Source: a bacterium
GTDB taxonomy: Bacteria; Patescibacteriota; Minisyncoccia; UBA6257; Colwellbacteraceae
DNA: 64,000 bases
Assembly: GCA_029548485.1 (NCBI GenBank)
Contig: JAKPNH010000006.1
Coordinates: 13,937 to 77,936 of the forward strand
Direction of reading: 5' to 3'
The position numbers and the translations under genes are program-made. Numbering within the stretch: position 1 is the stretch's first letter; every line of letters starts with the position of its first letter. This document shows, piece after piece, positions 18,116-25,823 of the stretch. Below the pieces are notes generated by a model. That model saw only the letters and a program-made list of their open reading frames with translations. It was not told where the DNA came from and ran no database searches.

Positions 18116-18478
18116 ATGGATTTTCTCGAAGATCTGCGTTCAAGAGCCCTGAAGGAGGGAGTCGATGCGATTGTTGTCAGAAACGTCGTTGAGCGATTAG
18201 AAAAAAGCGACGTCGGCGGTCGCTTGAAATTCCTGGTGGCTATCAACAGTCACGGACCTCCTCTCATCGAATATGCCATCGGCGTTATGAATTTTCGTCG
18301 CGGCATAGTCTCGAGTAAGGAGATCGCTAAGAGAATGGAAGAAATGATGGAGCGCGGCTTCAGAGAGGATCTTCTCAAGAATCTGAATAGGGAGATCACT
18401 TTGGCCACTGCTTCTCCTAGTTCCTCCAAGAGTCACCTTCGGTCGCCCCGAGGAGTCCCTAGATCCAGAGGAGGGTAG
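18116..18478 (+). CDS. Hypothetical protein, 120 aa
   Basis: An AAAGGAGG Shine-Dalgarno 6 nt upstream of the ATG at 18116. The N-terminal half is helical. Confidence 0.5.
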   Translation: MDFLEDLRSRALKEGVDAIVVRNVVERLEKSDVGGRLKFLVAINSHGPPLIEYAIGVMNFRRGIVSSKEIAKRMEEMMERGFREDLLKNLNREITLATASPSSSKSHLRSPRGVPRSRGG

Positions 18479-18511
18479 TCATGGAAGAACCACATCCGCA
18501 ACAAAATTCTT

Positions 18512-18546
18512 AAAAGGCTCTTTTCGCCAATGGCGGGAAGAGCCTT
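18512..18546. terminator. Bidirectional hairpin terminator between the hypothetical gene (+) and hsp20 (-)
   Basis: aaggctctt...aagagcctt, a 9-bp outer stem with a nested inner stem. A T-run follows on the minus strand. Confidence 0.5.
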
Positions 18547-18573
18547 GTTATCTCCAGAGTTTATATACAAATA

Positions 18574-18954
18574 TTATTCCTCGGGTTTTATTTTCAGTTT
18601 TTTGACCCGGCCGCGGTTGAGCTTCGGCAGTCTGATTTTCAGGATGCCGTTTTTGAAATCCGCCCGGGCTTTGTCCGGATCGATTTCCTGGGGAAGGATG
18701 ACCGATCTCGAAAACCTTCCCCAATAGCATTCCTGATGGAGATAGTCTTCGTCGGCGATCACTTCTTCTTTCCGGCGTTCGCCTTTGATGGTGACGGATT
18801 CGTTCGTGATGTCGATGTCGAGATCTTCGGGTTCGACGCCGGCGATGGTCGATTCGACGAAAATATCATCGGGCGTCTGATAAACGTCGATGGTGAGCTG
18901 CCCTTCGCTTTCTTCGGCGATCTTCGCTAAATCGAAATTATTTTCTTCGTTCAT
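18574..18954 (-). CDS. Hsp20/alpha-crystallin family small heat-shock protein
   Basis: 'GVEPEDLDIDITNESVTIKGER' and 'GRFSRSVILP...ADFKNGILKIRLPK'. Confidence 0.85.
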   Translation of the reverse strand: MNEENNFDLAKIAEESEGQLTIDVYQTPDDIFVESTIAGVEPEDLDIDITNESVTIKGERRKEEVIADEDYLHQECYWGRFSRSVILPQEIDPDKARADFKNGILKIRLPKLNRGRVKKLKIKPEE

Positions 18955-19610
18955 GTGGTTTCTCTAAGCTTATCAAAATAGCCGAACAATAAAAAGGCCA
19001 GGACGACCAGAAAGATCGTCGGCATAAGCGCCGGCCCGGATTTGAGTATCATTTCGTTGAATCCGGCGTGTATCAGAATGGCTCCGGCGACGCCCCAGAC
19101 GATTTTTTTGCGCGACCAGAAATACCCCAGGAATCCCGAAGCGATGGCGTGCATCAGGGTGGCTCCGATGAACCGGAGCAGGGCCAGATTGACGAGTTCG
19201 TTCATGTTCATCGCGGCCGAAAGGAAAAAGAGCAAGTTTTCCATGGTGGCGAATCCGAGGCTAGCGGTGATCATGTAGATCATGCGGTCGATGAGTTCGT
19301 CGAAAAACCGCGATTTGCGGATGAATATCCAGATCACGCCAAACTTGATCGATTCCTCGATCAGGCTATTGACGACGAGCGAAATCCGCGAGTAATCCGC
19401 GATTCCCCAGGCCGGCGAGTTCATGGCGAAGATCTGTTCGCAGGCTATGGCCACCCAGGCCGAAGCGAGGCCGAGAACAAAGGTGGCGAAAAGCAGGCTT
19501 TTCGGTTCCGGGTGTTCGTCGTCTTCCAAAAGAAAGAAGGAAAGCCAAACGATTCCGAGAATAAGGCCGATGCCTCCGGAAATCAAAAGTTTGAGAAAAG
19601 TCAGTTCCAT
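18951..19610 (-). CDS. PrsW-family intramembrane metalloprotease
   Basis: Multi-TM with 'EESIK', 'FATMEN', 'HAIASGFLG' and 'HAGFNE' motifs. Confidence 0.65.
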   Translation of the reverse strand: MELTFLKLLISGGIGLILGIVWLSFFLLEDDEHPEPKSLLFATFVLGLASAWVAIACEQIFAMNSPAWGIADYSRISLVVNSLIEESIKFGVIWIFIRKSRFFDELIDRMIYMITASLGFATMENLLFFLSAAMNMNELVNLALLRFIGATLMHAIASGFLGYFWSRKKIVWGVAGAILIHAGFNEMILKSGPALMPTIFLVVLAFLLFGYFDKLRETT

Positions 19611-21709
19611 GATTCCGCCATCAAGCAGGTTTGTTTTTTGCCCGGAAGGGATTGATAGATTTCTTCGGTCGTGAAAGGCATGAACGGATGGAGCATTTTG
19701 ACGAGTTCCCGGAGAAGGCGGAGAAGGGTTTCTCCGGCCGCGGCCTTGTCCGCCGCGTCTTCGTTGTCCTTCAGCCTCGGTTTGGATTCTTCGATTATTT
19801 TGTCGGCGAAAACGTGCCAGAAATAGTGGTAGAGCTTGTTCGACGCTTCGTGGAGCCGGAAATTCTCGATGTCGCGCTCAATCTCTTTTTTAAAGATCTT
19901 CAATTCCCTCAAGTTGTCCAGATCTTTCCTGGAAAACCGGGGTTTGATTTTAGAGTCGGATCCGGCGTAGGCGAGGACGAATTTGGCCGCGTTCCTGATC
20001 TTGGTCGCGAAGTTGCGGTAGGCCCGAATTTTGTCTTCGGAAACGACCGGATCGAGCCCCGGGGTGTTGCCGACGATAAGAGCCATTCTCACGGCGTCGG
20101 CTCCGTAGATTTCGGCCACGCCCAAAGGATCGATGACGTTGCCTTTGGACTTCGACATTTTCTGGCGGTCTTTGTCGCGGACCATTCCGTGGAAATAAAC
20201 GTTCCGGAACGGAGCTTTCTTGGTCCGCCAGAGCCCCAGCATGATCATGCGGCTCACCCAGAAGAAAACGAGGTCGTATCCGGTTTCCATGAGGTCGGTC
20301 GGGTAATAGGTTTTGAAGTCGCGGGACTTGGGGAATCCCAAGGCAAGGAAAGGCCATTGCCCGGAAGAAAACCAGGTATCCAGAACGTCGGGATCTTGTT
20401 CGAGGATCGAGCCGTCGCATTTTGAACAGCGATCCGGGGTTTTTTCAGAGACGACGGCTTCTCCACATTTGGCGCAGAACCAGGCGGGGATTCTGATGCC
20501 CCAGACGATCTGCCTCGAAATGTTCCAGTCGTGGATATTCTCGAGCCAGTGGATGTAGATCTTTTCGAAATGTTCGGTGACGAATTTTATTTTCCCCGAT
20601 CTCACCGCCTCCAATCCTTTTTCGGCAAGAGGCTTCATTTTGACATACCACTGGGGCATGATCATGGGTTCGATCAAACTGCCGCATTTGTAGCAGGTGG
20701 CGACGCTGTGGCGGTAATCCTCTTCGATCTTTTCGAGACGGCCGGCTTTTTCGAGGTCAACGGCCACGGCCGCTCTCGCTTCGGCGGCTTTCATTCCTTT
20801 GTAGGGTCCGGCGAATTCGTTCATTTTTCCGTAGCGATCGATGACGGATTTCACGGGAAGATCGTGCTTCAGCCCGGTTTCGAAATCGGTCATGTCGTGC
20901 GCCGGCGTCACTTTGACGACGCCGGTCCCGAAATCCGGATCGACCGATTCGTCGGCCACGACCGGCAGTTTGATTTTGCCGAGCAGGCCGTCGAATTCGA
21001 TATCCTGGCCGATGTAACTCTTATAGCGATCGTCTTTGGGATTGACTGCCAGCCCTGTGTCTCCGAAAATCGTCTCCGGCCGCGCCGTGGCGACGCTAAG
21101 CGGGCCGTATTTTATGTAATAGAGCGGATCGGCGCGCTCGACGTATTTCACTTCCAGTTCCGAAAAAGCGGTCTGGTGCTTAGGGCACCAGTTTACCAGC
21201 CGGCTGCCGCGGTAGATCAATCCTTGTTTGTGGAGTTCGACGAAAGACTTTTGCGTTTCCCGGATGATGTCCTCGTCGAGGGTGAATTTTTTACGGGACC
21301 AGTCGCAAGAAGCGCCGAGCTTGCGAAGCTGGTTTTCCATGGTTTTCCTGTTTTCTTGGGTGAAGGCGTACATTTCCCGCCAAAGCTCTTCGCGGGGAAT
21401 CTCGAAGCGGTTCCTTCCTTCTTTCTCCAGTTTTTTCTCGAAAACCACCTGGGTTTCGAATCCGGCGTGGTCCGCGCCCGGAACCCAGAGGGCTTTACGG
21501 CCCATCAGGCGGTAAAAACGGATAAAAGCGTCTTCGATGGCGATGCCCAGGGCGTGACCGAGGTGCAGGGCGCCGTTCGCGTTCGGCGGCGGCATGATAA
21601 TCGTGTAAGGCTTGCGGTTTTTCCGGGGAAGGTTATCCGGGTTGAAATACCCGGATCTTTCCCAAAGTTCGTAGATTTCGTCCTCTTTCAGGGGTTTGAG
21701 CTCGATCAT
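19601..21709 (-). CDS. valS: Valyl-tRNA synthetase (compact, 702 aa)
   Basis: 'PPPNANGALHLGHA...LWVPGADHAGFETQ' and 'KMSKSKGNVIDP'. Confidence 0.85.
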   Translation of the reverse strand: MIELKPLKEDEIYELWERSGYFNPDNLPRKNRKPYTIIMPPPNANGALHLGHALGIAIEDAFIRFYRLMGRKALWVPGADHAGFETQVVFEKKLEKEGRNRFEIPREELWREMYAFTQENRKTMENQLRKLGASCDWSRKKFTLDEDIIRETQKSFVELHKQGLIYRGSRLVNWCPKHQTAFSELEVKYVERADPLYYIKYGPLSVATARPETIFGDTGLAVNPKDDRYKSYIGQDIEFDGLLGKIKLPVVADESVDPDFGTGVVKVTPAHDMTDFETGLKHDLPVKSVIDRYGKMNEFAGPYKGMKAAEARAAVAVDLEKAGRLEKIEEDYRHSVATCYKCGSLIEPMIMPQWYVKMKPLAEKGLEAVRSGKIKFVTEHFEKIYIHWLENIHDWNISRQIVWGIRIPAWFCAKCGEAVVSEKTPDRCSKCDGSILEQDPDVLDTWFSSGQWPFLALGFPKSRDFKTYYPTDLMETGYDLVFFWVSRMIMLGLWRTKKAPFRNVYFHGMVRDKDRQKMSKSKGNVIDPLGVAEIYGADAVRMALIVGNTPGLDPVVSEDKIRAYRNFATKIRNAAKFVLAYAGSDSKIKPRFSRKDLDNLRELKIFKKEIERDIENFRLHEASNKLYHYFWHVFADKIIEESKPRLKDNEDAADKAAAGETLLRLLRELVKMLHPFMPFTTEEIYQSLPGKKQTCLMAESWN

Positions 21710-21719
21710 ATACGTTCAA

Positions 21720-22787
21720 TTATAATCCGAGATTGGGTTGGGCTTCAATTTTGAGTCGTTTTTTGTTTAAAAAATTGACATAGCCGGCGACGGCAATCAT
21801 GGCGGCGTTGTCCGTGTTCCATTTCTTGCCTGCCGAAAGAAAAGCGATGCCGAGTTTCTTGGCTTCTTTTTTCAACGAATTCCTCAAAAGGCTGTTGGCG
21901 GCCACGCCTCCGGAAACGCCGATGGATTTTGTTTGGAATTCTCTGGCCGCCCTAGTGGTTTTGTAAACCAGGGAATCGACTAGGGCTTGTTGGAAGCTCG
22001 CGGCCACATCGTCTGTGTTTTCCAGCTTTATTCCGTTTTGGCTATAGTTCTTGTTGAATTCTTTCCAATCTGCCTTAAAGCTTTGTTTGATATGGTAGAG
22101 CAGGCTGGTTTTCAGTCCCGAGAAACTGAAATCGTAATTTTTTTCGTAAATCATCGGCCGCGGAAAAGCAACGGCTTCGGAATTTCCTTTTTTGGCGGCT
22201 TTTTCTATTTCCGGTCCGCCGGGATAGGGAAGCCGGAGCAGCCTTGCGGCTTTGTCAAAGGCTTCGCCCGCGGCGTCGTCCCTGGTTTCTCCGAGCTTCT
22301 TGTATTTAACTAGGCTCTGGAGGATAAGGAGGATGGTGTGGCCGCCGCTCACAACCAAAGACGCGGACGGAAAAACATCTTCGAGACTTTCTTTTCTTTC
22401 GAGAAGAAAGCTGTAAAGATGGCCTTGCAGGTGACTCGCTCCGATCAAAGGCTTTTTCCAGCGCTTGGCCAAACCCTTGGCGAATTCGATGCCGGTCCAT
22501 AAGGCCGGCTCGAGTCCCGGGCCGACGGTGACGACCACGGCGTCGGTTATGTCTTTGAGGGATTCGCCTCCGATCTTCTCGAAAATCAACGGCAGGTTCT
22601 TTAAATGTTCCCGCTTGGCCAGGTTCGGCACCACGCCTCCGAATCGCCGATGGAGCGGTATCTGCGAAGCGACGACGCTTTCCAGAACTTTGAAGCGCGG
22701 ATTTTCCAAATCTCCCGAGCATTCTACGAGCGCCAGGGCTGTTTCGTCGCAGCTTGTTTCGATGGCTAATAATCTCATGCCTTTCAA
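21720..22787 (-). CDS. tsaD: tRNA N6-adenosine threonylcarbamoyltransferase TsaD
   Basis: 'RLLAIETSCDETALALV' and 'ASLVVSGGHT' are the Kae1/TsaD motifs. Confidence 0.9.
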   Translation of the reverse strand: MKGMRLLAIETSCDETALALVECSGDLENPRFKVLESVVASQIPLHRRFGGVVPNLAKREHLKNLPLIFEKIGGESLKDITDAVVVTVGPGLEPALWTGIEFAKGLAKRWKKPLIGASHLQGHLYSFLLERKESLEDVFPSASLVVSGGHTILLILQSLVKYKKLGETRDDAAGEAFDKAARLLRLPYPGGPEIEKAAKKGNSEAVAFPRPMIYEKNYDFSFSGLKTSLLYHIKQSFKADWKEFNKNYSQNGIKLENTDDVAASFQQALVDSLVYKTTRAAREFQTKSIGVSGGVAANSLLRNSLKKEAKKLGIAFLSAGKKWNTDNAAMIAVAGYVNFLNKKRLKIEAQPNLGL

Positions 22788-22801
22788 TATATAATATAGT
22801 C

Positions 22802-23443
22802 ATGAACAAAGAAGCAATAATCGTAGCGGTGGTGGTGCTGTATTCTTTCATCCTCGCGGGGATCGTCTGGGGAATAATGCCTCCGATGATGGCAAGCCAT
22901 TGGAATATCGCGGGCGAAGTCGACGGATTCGCGCCGAGGCCTTTGGCTTTGCTTACGATGCCGGTTATCGGCCTCGTTCTTACTGGATTGTTCTGGCTTT
23001 TGCCGCGACTCGATCCTTTCAAAGAGAACATCGCCAAGTTCGGAGACGTTTACAAAAGAACCGTCGTCGCGATTTTCGCTTTTCTTTTCTACGTCTACAT
23101 CTTGACCATAGCCTGGAATCTCGGCTATTCCTTCAGCCTGCCGAAATTTCTAGTTCCGGCTTTCGCGATCCTTTTCTTCATACTCGGCCAAGCCTTGAGA
23201 AAAACGAAAAGGAATTGGGTAATGGGGATAAGGACGCCCTGGACTCTCTCGAGCGACCGGGTGTGGAAAAAGACCCACGATGCCGCCTCGAAAATTTTCA
23301 CTTGGCTCGGAGCCCTGGCTCTCGTTAGTTTGTTTTTCCGGCCGGAAACCGTTTTCGCGGTGGTTATCATTGGATCATTGGCCGCGGCCCTATATCTTTT
23401 CGCTTATTCTTATCTCGAGTTCCGGAAAGAAAATCGGGAATAA
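22802..23443 (+). CDS. DUF1648/SdpI-like integral membrane protein
   Basis: Four to five TM helices in the DUF1648 + SdpI/YhfL pattern. TATAAT sits 6 nt upstream of the ATG. Confidence 0.6.
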   Translation: MNKEAIIVAVVVLYSFILAGIVWGIMPPMMASHWNIAGEVDGFAPRPLALLTMPVIGLVLTGLFWLLPRLDPFKENIAKFGDVYKRTVVAIFAFLFYVYILTIAWNLGYSFSLPKFLVPAFAILFFILGQALRKTKRNWVMGIRTPWTLSSDRVWKKTHDAASKIFTWLGALALVSLFFRPETVFAVVIIGSLAAALYLFAYSYLEFRKENRE

Positions 23444-23500
23444 CTTCGTCGCCTCGTAATCTCGTAGGCGCGCCGGCCGGAGCGTGCTAAAATATCCAAT

Positions 23501-23716
23501 ATGGACATGGACGTAAAGCCGGGGAAATACAAACATTTCAAAGGATTCGACGTCGAGGTCATCGGTTGTGGCAAGCACACCGAAACTCTGGAGGAATTCG
23601 TGATTTATCGCGATCATCTTTGCGGCGATCTCTGGATCAGGCCGAAAGCGATGTTCACGGATATCGTGGAACGGAACGGAGAAACAAAACCGAGGTTCAG
23701 ATATTTGGACAATTAG
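23501..23716 (+). CDS. DUF1653 domain protein
   Basis: 'PGKYKHFKG..V.VIG..KHTETLEEFVIYR....LWIRPKAMF...V...GE.KPRFRYL' matches the DUF1653 pattern. Confidence 0.65.
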   Translation: MDMDVKPGKYKHFKGFDVEVIGCGKHTETLEEFVIYRDHLCGDLWIRPKAMFTDIVERNGETKPRFRYLDN

Positions 23717-23807
23717 GCGTCATGCGGAGAATAACGACTGCGGTTGCTTAAACCGCGGCCGTTAAGTTATAAGTAGGGGAAGAAGATCTTTAAGAGGAGG
23801 GATTCCG

Positions 23808-24170
23808 ATGTCCTGGCGGATTGCTTTCGCGATTTGCAAGAGAAGGATTTCCGCGATATTCAAAAAGTCCGCCGGAATATTTAGGCGGAAGCCCGACATC
23901 GTCATGATAGGCAGACTGCCCAACGCTATGAGAGAAAGCGCTTGGAATGAGCTGTTCGGAGGATTGAAAAGCGGAATTTGGATTCAAGAGCCCGGAATCC
24001 GGATGGAGTTAGAGGCGGAGCTCTTTCCCAAACTGCAATTTAAAGCGATGGTTGTTTTCTCGCGAAGACAGCCTAAAGCGAAGATGGAAGAGATCTGCCG
24101 TTTGTATGTTGAGGAGATCAAGGAGCTAGAACCGAGATTTATCGAGCAGCAGCCGTTTCTATGGCTTTAA
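23808..24170 (+). CDS. Hypothetical basic protein
   Basis: A GAGGAGG Shine-Dalgarno 7 nt upstream. The protein is 120 aa. Confidence 0.45.
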   Translation: MSWRIAFAICKRRISAIFKKSAGIFRRKPDIVMIGRLPNAMRESAWNELFGGLKSGIWIQEPGIRMELEAELFPKLQFKAMVVFSRRQPKAKMEEICRLYVEEIKELEPRFIEQQPFLWL

Positions 24171-24208
24171 AGACCCCGTCGTAAGGCGGGGATTTGTTTA
24201 ATCATCTC

Positions 24209-24237
24209 TTGACAAGACAACATAATTATGTTATAAT
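24209..24237 (+). promoter_or_regulatory. Perfect consensus sigma-70 promoter (TTGACA-N17-TATAAT)
   Basis: The hexamers and 17-nt spacer were read directly in an AT-rich stretch about 65 nt upstream of the 24305 gene. Confidence 0.7.
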
Positions 24238-24304
24238 TATAATATAAGATTAGTTCTTCGATAGGGTCCGCGACCCTTGAAACGCGGAGAAAGAAGGAAG
24301 AAAG

Positions 24305-24670
24305 GTGGATAAGACGACCGGTTGGAAAGTAGTAGCGGTATTGAGCGCCATTCTGCTCATTCTCGTCATTCTTGTATCGATATTGCCTTACAAGAATGAG
24401 ATCAAGCGACTAAGGACAGAGCTAGATGAGTCTCAAGCAAAGATCGTCGCACTTGAGACGGAGCTTGACGAATCCCATGAGCTTATCTCGCGGGCCGAGG
24501 AAACTCACATCTGGGGTCAAGCTCTGCAGAAGGAGCTTGTCCATAGAGTGCGACAGTTCCAAGATCTCTCTCTTTTGTTAGGGGAAGAAGGAATCACAAT
24601 TATCGAGGGAATCGGCGGGACTCTTGTTGTGAAAACTTCCAATAACACAATAGAGATTCCGTCTCATTAG
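24305..24670 (+). CDS. Membrane-anchored coiled-coil hypothetical protein (GTG start)
   Basis: TM segment 'VVAVLSAILLILVILVSIL' followed by heptad-rich 'LRTELDESQAKIVALETELDES'. Confidence 0.5.
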   Translation: MDKTTGWKVVAVLSAILLILVILVSILPYKNEIKRLRTELDESQAKIVALETELDESHELISRAEETHIWGQALQKELVHRVRQFQDLSLLLGEEGITIIEGIGGTLVVKTSNNTIEIPSH

Positions 24671-24682
24671 AGGAAAAGGTCC

Positions 24683-24713
24683 GGCTAGAACCTGAAATCT
24701 AGCCTTTATCTTT
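24683..24713 (+). terminator. Intrinsic terminator
   Basis: ggctaga-N8-tctagcc followed by TTTATCTTT. Confidence 0.6.
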
Positions 24714-24757
24714 AAATTCAGGATATTGATCGTGGATTTAAACAATAAAGAATTCAG

Positions 24758-24784
24758 AGCCCCTCTTATAAAGAGGGGCTTTCC
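24758..24784 (+). terminator. GC-rich hairpin, possibly a terminator
   Basis: agcccctct-tataa-agaggggct followed by TT. Confidence 0.45.
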
Positions 24785-24872
24785 GATATCGTCAACGTGA
24801 ATTGACAATCTTTACCGTTGTTTTAGGTTGGAATCATACGAGAACCTTGAAAATTTGAAGGAGGCGAGATCG

Positions 24873-25187
24873 ATGCAGCCGGCAAAAACGATACGAATAG
24901 AAGTCAAGCTTTGGGTGCTGATCGTTGCTGCGGCAACCATTCTCGCGTGTATCGCGTATTTCGTTATGGAGAACGATCACCAGGCAGAAGAAATAGATTG
25001 GTGGCGGAAGGCGGCCCTGTCCCGGAGGACGATCCTCATAGACGAAGACACCGTTCCCGGATCCGGGATCGTCTATTTCGAAGGCGGAGACAAAGCCCTG
25101 GTGTTTTCCAAAAGAACCGGCGATTCGTTTTTTATCGACTTCGAATTGCGCCGGCTAGATAACGGAAAGATCGTCGATACAAGATAA
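24873..25187 (+). CDS. Hypothetical membrane-anchored protein
   Basis: A GAAGGAGG Shine-Dalgarno 7 nt upstream of the ATG at 24873, and the TM segment 'VKLWVLIVAAATILACIAYFV'. Confidence 0.5.
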   Translation: MQPAKTIRIEVKLWVLIVAAATILACIAYFVMENDHQAEEIDWWRKAALSRRTILIDEDTVPGSGIVYFEGGDKALVFSKRTGDSFFIDFELRRLDNGKIVDTR

Positions 25188-25216
25188 GGACCTTTTTAAG
25201 GCCCTTATTTTCTTTG

Positions 25217-25288
25217 TGCTCCCGGGAGGAATCGAACCCCCAACAGCTGGTTCGAAGCCAGCCGTGATATCCGTTTCACCACAGGAGC
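25217..25288 (-). tRNA. tRNA-Arg (anticodon TCG). CCA is not encoded.
   Basis: Manual fold: anticodon loop CTTCGAA, acceptor GCTCCTG/CGGGAGC. Confidence 0.8.
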
Positions 25289-25328
25289 GTCATCCAATTC
25301 TAACAACAGGATTACCGATTTAATAGTG

Positions 25329-25401
25329 TCCCCCCACTAGGACTCGAACCTAGGACCTTCTCCTTAAGAGGGAGCAGCTCTACCAACTGAGCTATGGGGG
25401 G
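25329..25401 (-). tRNA. tRNA-Lys (anticodon CTT) with an unusual C1:G72 pair. CCA is not encoded.
   Basis: Manual fold: acceptor CCCCCCA/TGGGGGG, anticodon loop CTCTTAA with a G27/A43 mismatch, T-loop TTCGAGT, discriminator A. Confidence 0.65.
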
Positions 25402-25503
25402 ATATGAAAAATATAATCCGTTTTTTTGTTTTTTTCAATCGTCTTTACATTAAAATCCGACCGTGATATGACCTTACCAAGATTCTAGAAAGGAGGACGG
25501 CGA

Positions 25504-25737
25504 ATGTCTGAAAATCTCCTTCGCGGAATCAAGAAGATCGTAAAAACTATCGGTCTTTGGGGTCGTTTGCCGGAAACGCCGCTTGTCATCGGGCCCATGG
25601 CTTTAATGGATCCGTTCGGCCGGCCATTTTATGAGCAAGCGATCGGTGAAGGCATGAGGCTGCGTTCCGATCTTTCCGCTCGCGGGGAATATATCCCTTT
25701 CGGGGATTTATTCCCTCCGAAACGCGAGAAAAAATAG
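25504..25737 (+). CDS. Small hypothetical protein (77 aa)
   Basis: An AAAGGAGG Shine-Dalgarno 5 nt upstream. The stop is 2 nt before the first possible recG start. Confidence 0.45.
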   Translation: MSENLLRGIKKIVKTIGLWGRLPETPLVIGPMALMDPFGRPFYEQAIGEGMRLRSDLSARGEYIPFGDLFPPKREKK

Positions 25738-25823
25738 TTATGAAGCGCAGGCTCGCCCGTCAAGCCGCTCGAAAGAGCGGCTTTGTTTTATGTTTTGCCC
25801 GGCGGGGCTTATCATTAAAGCAA

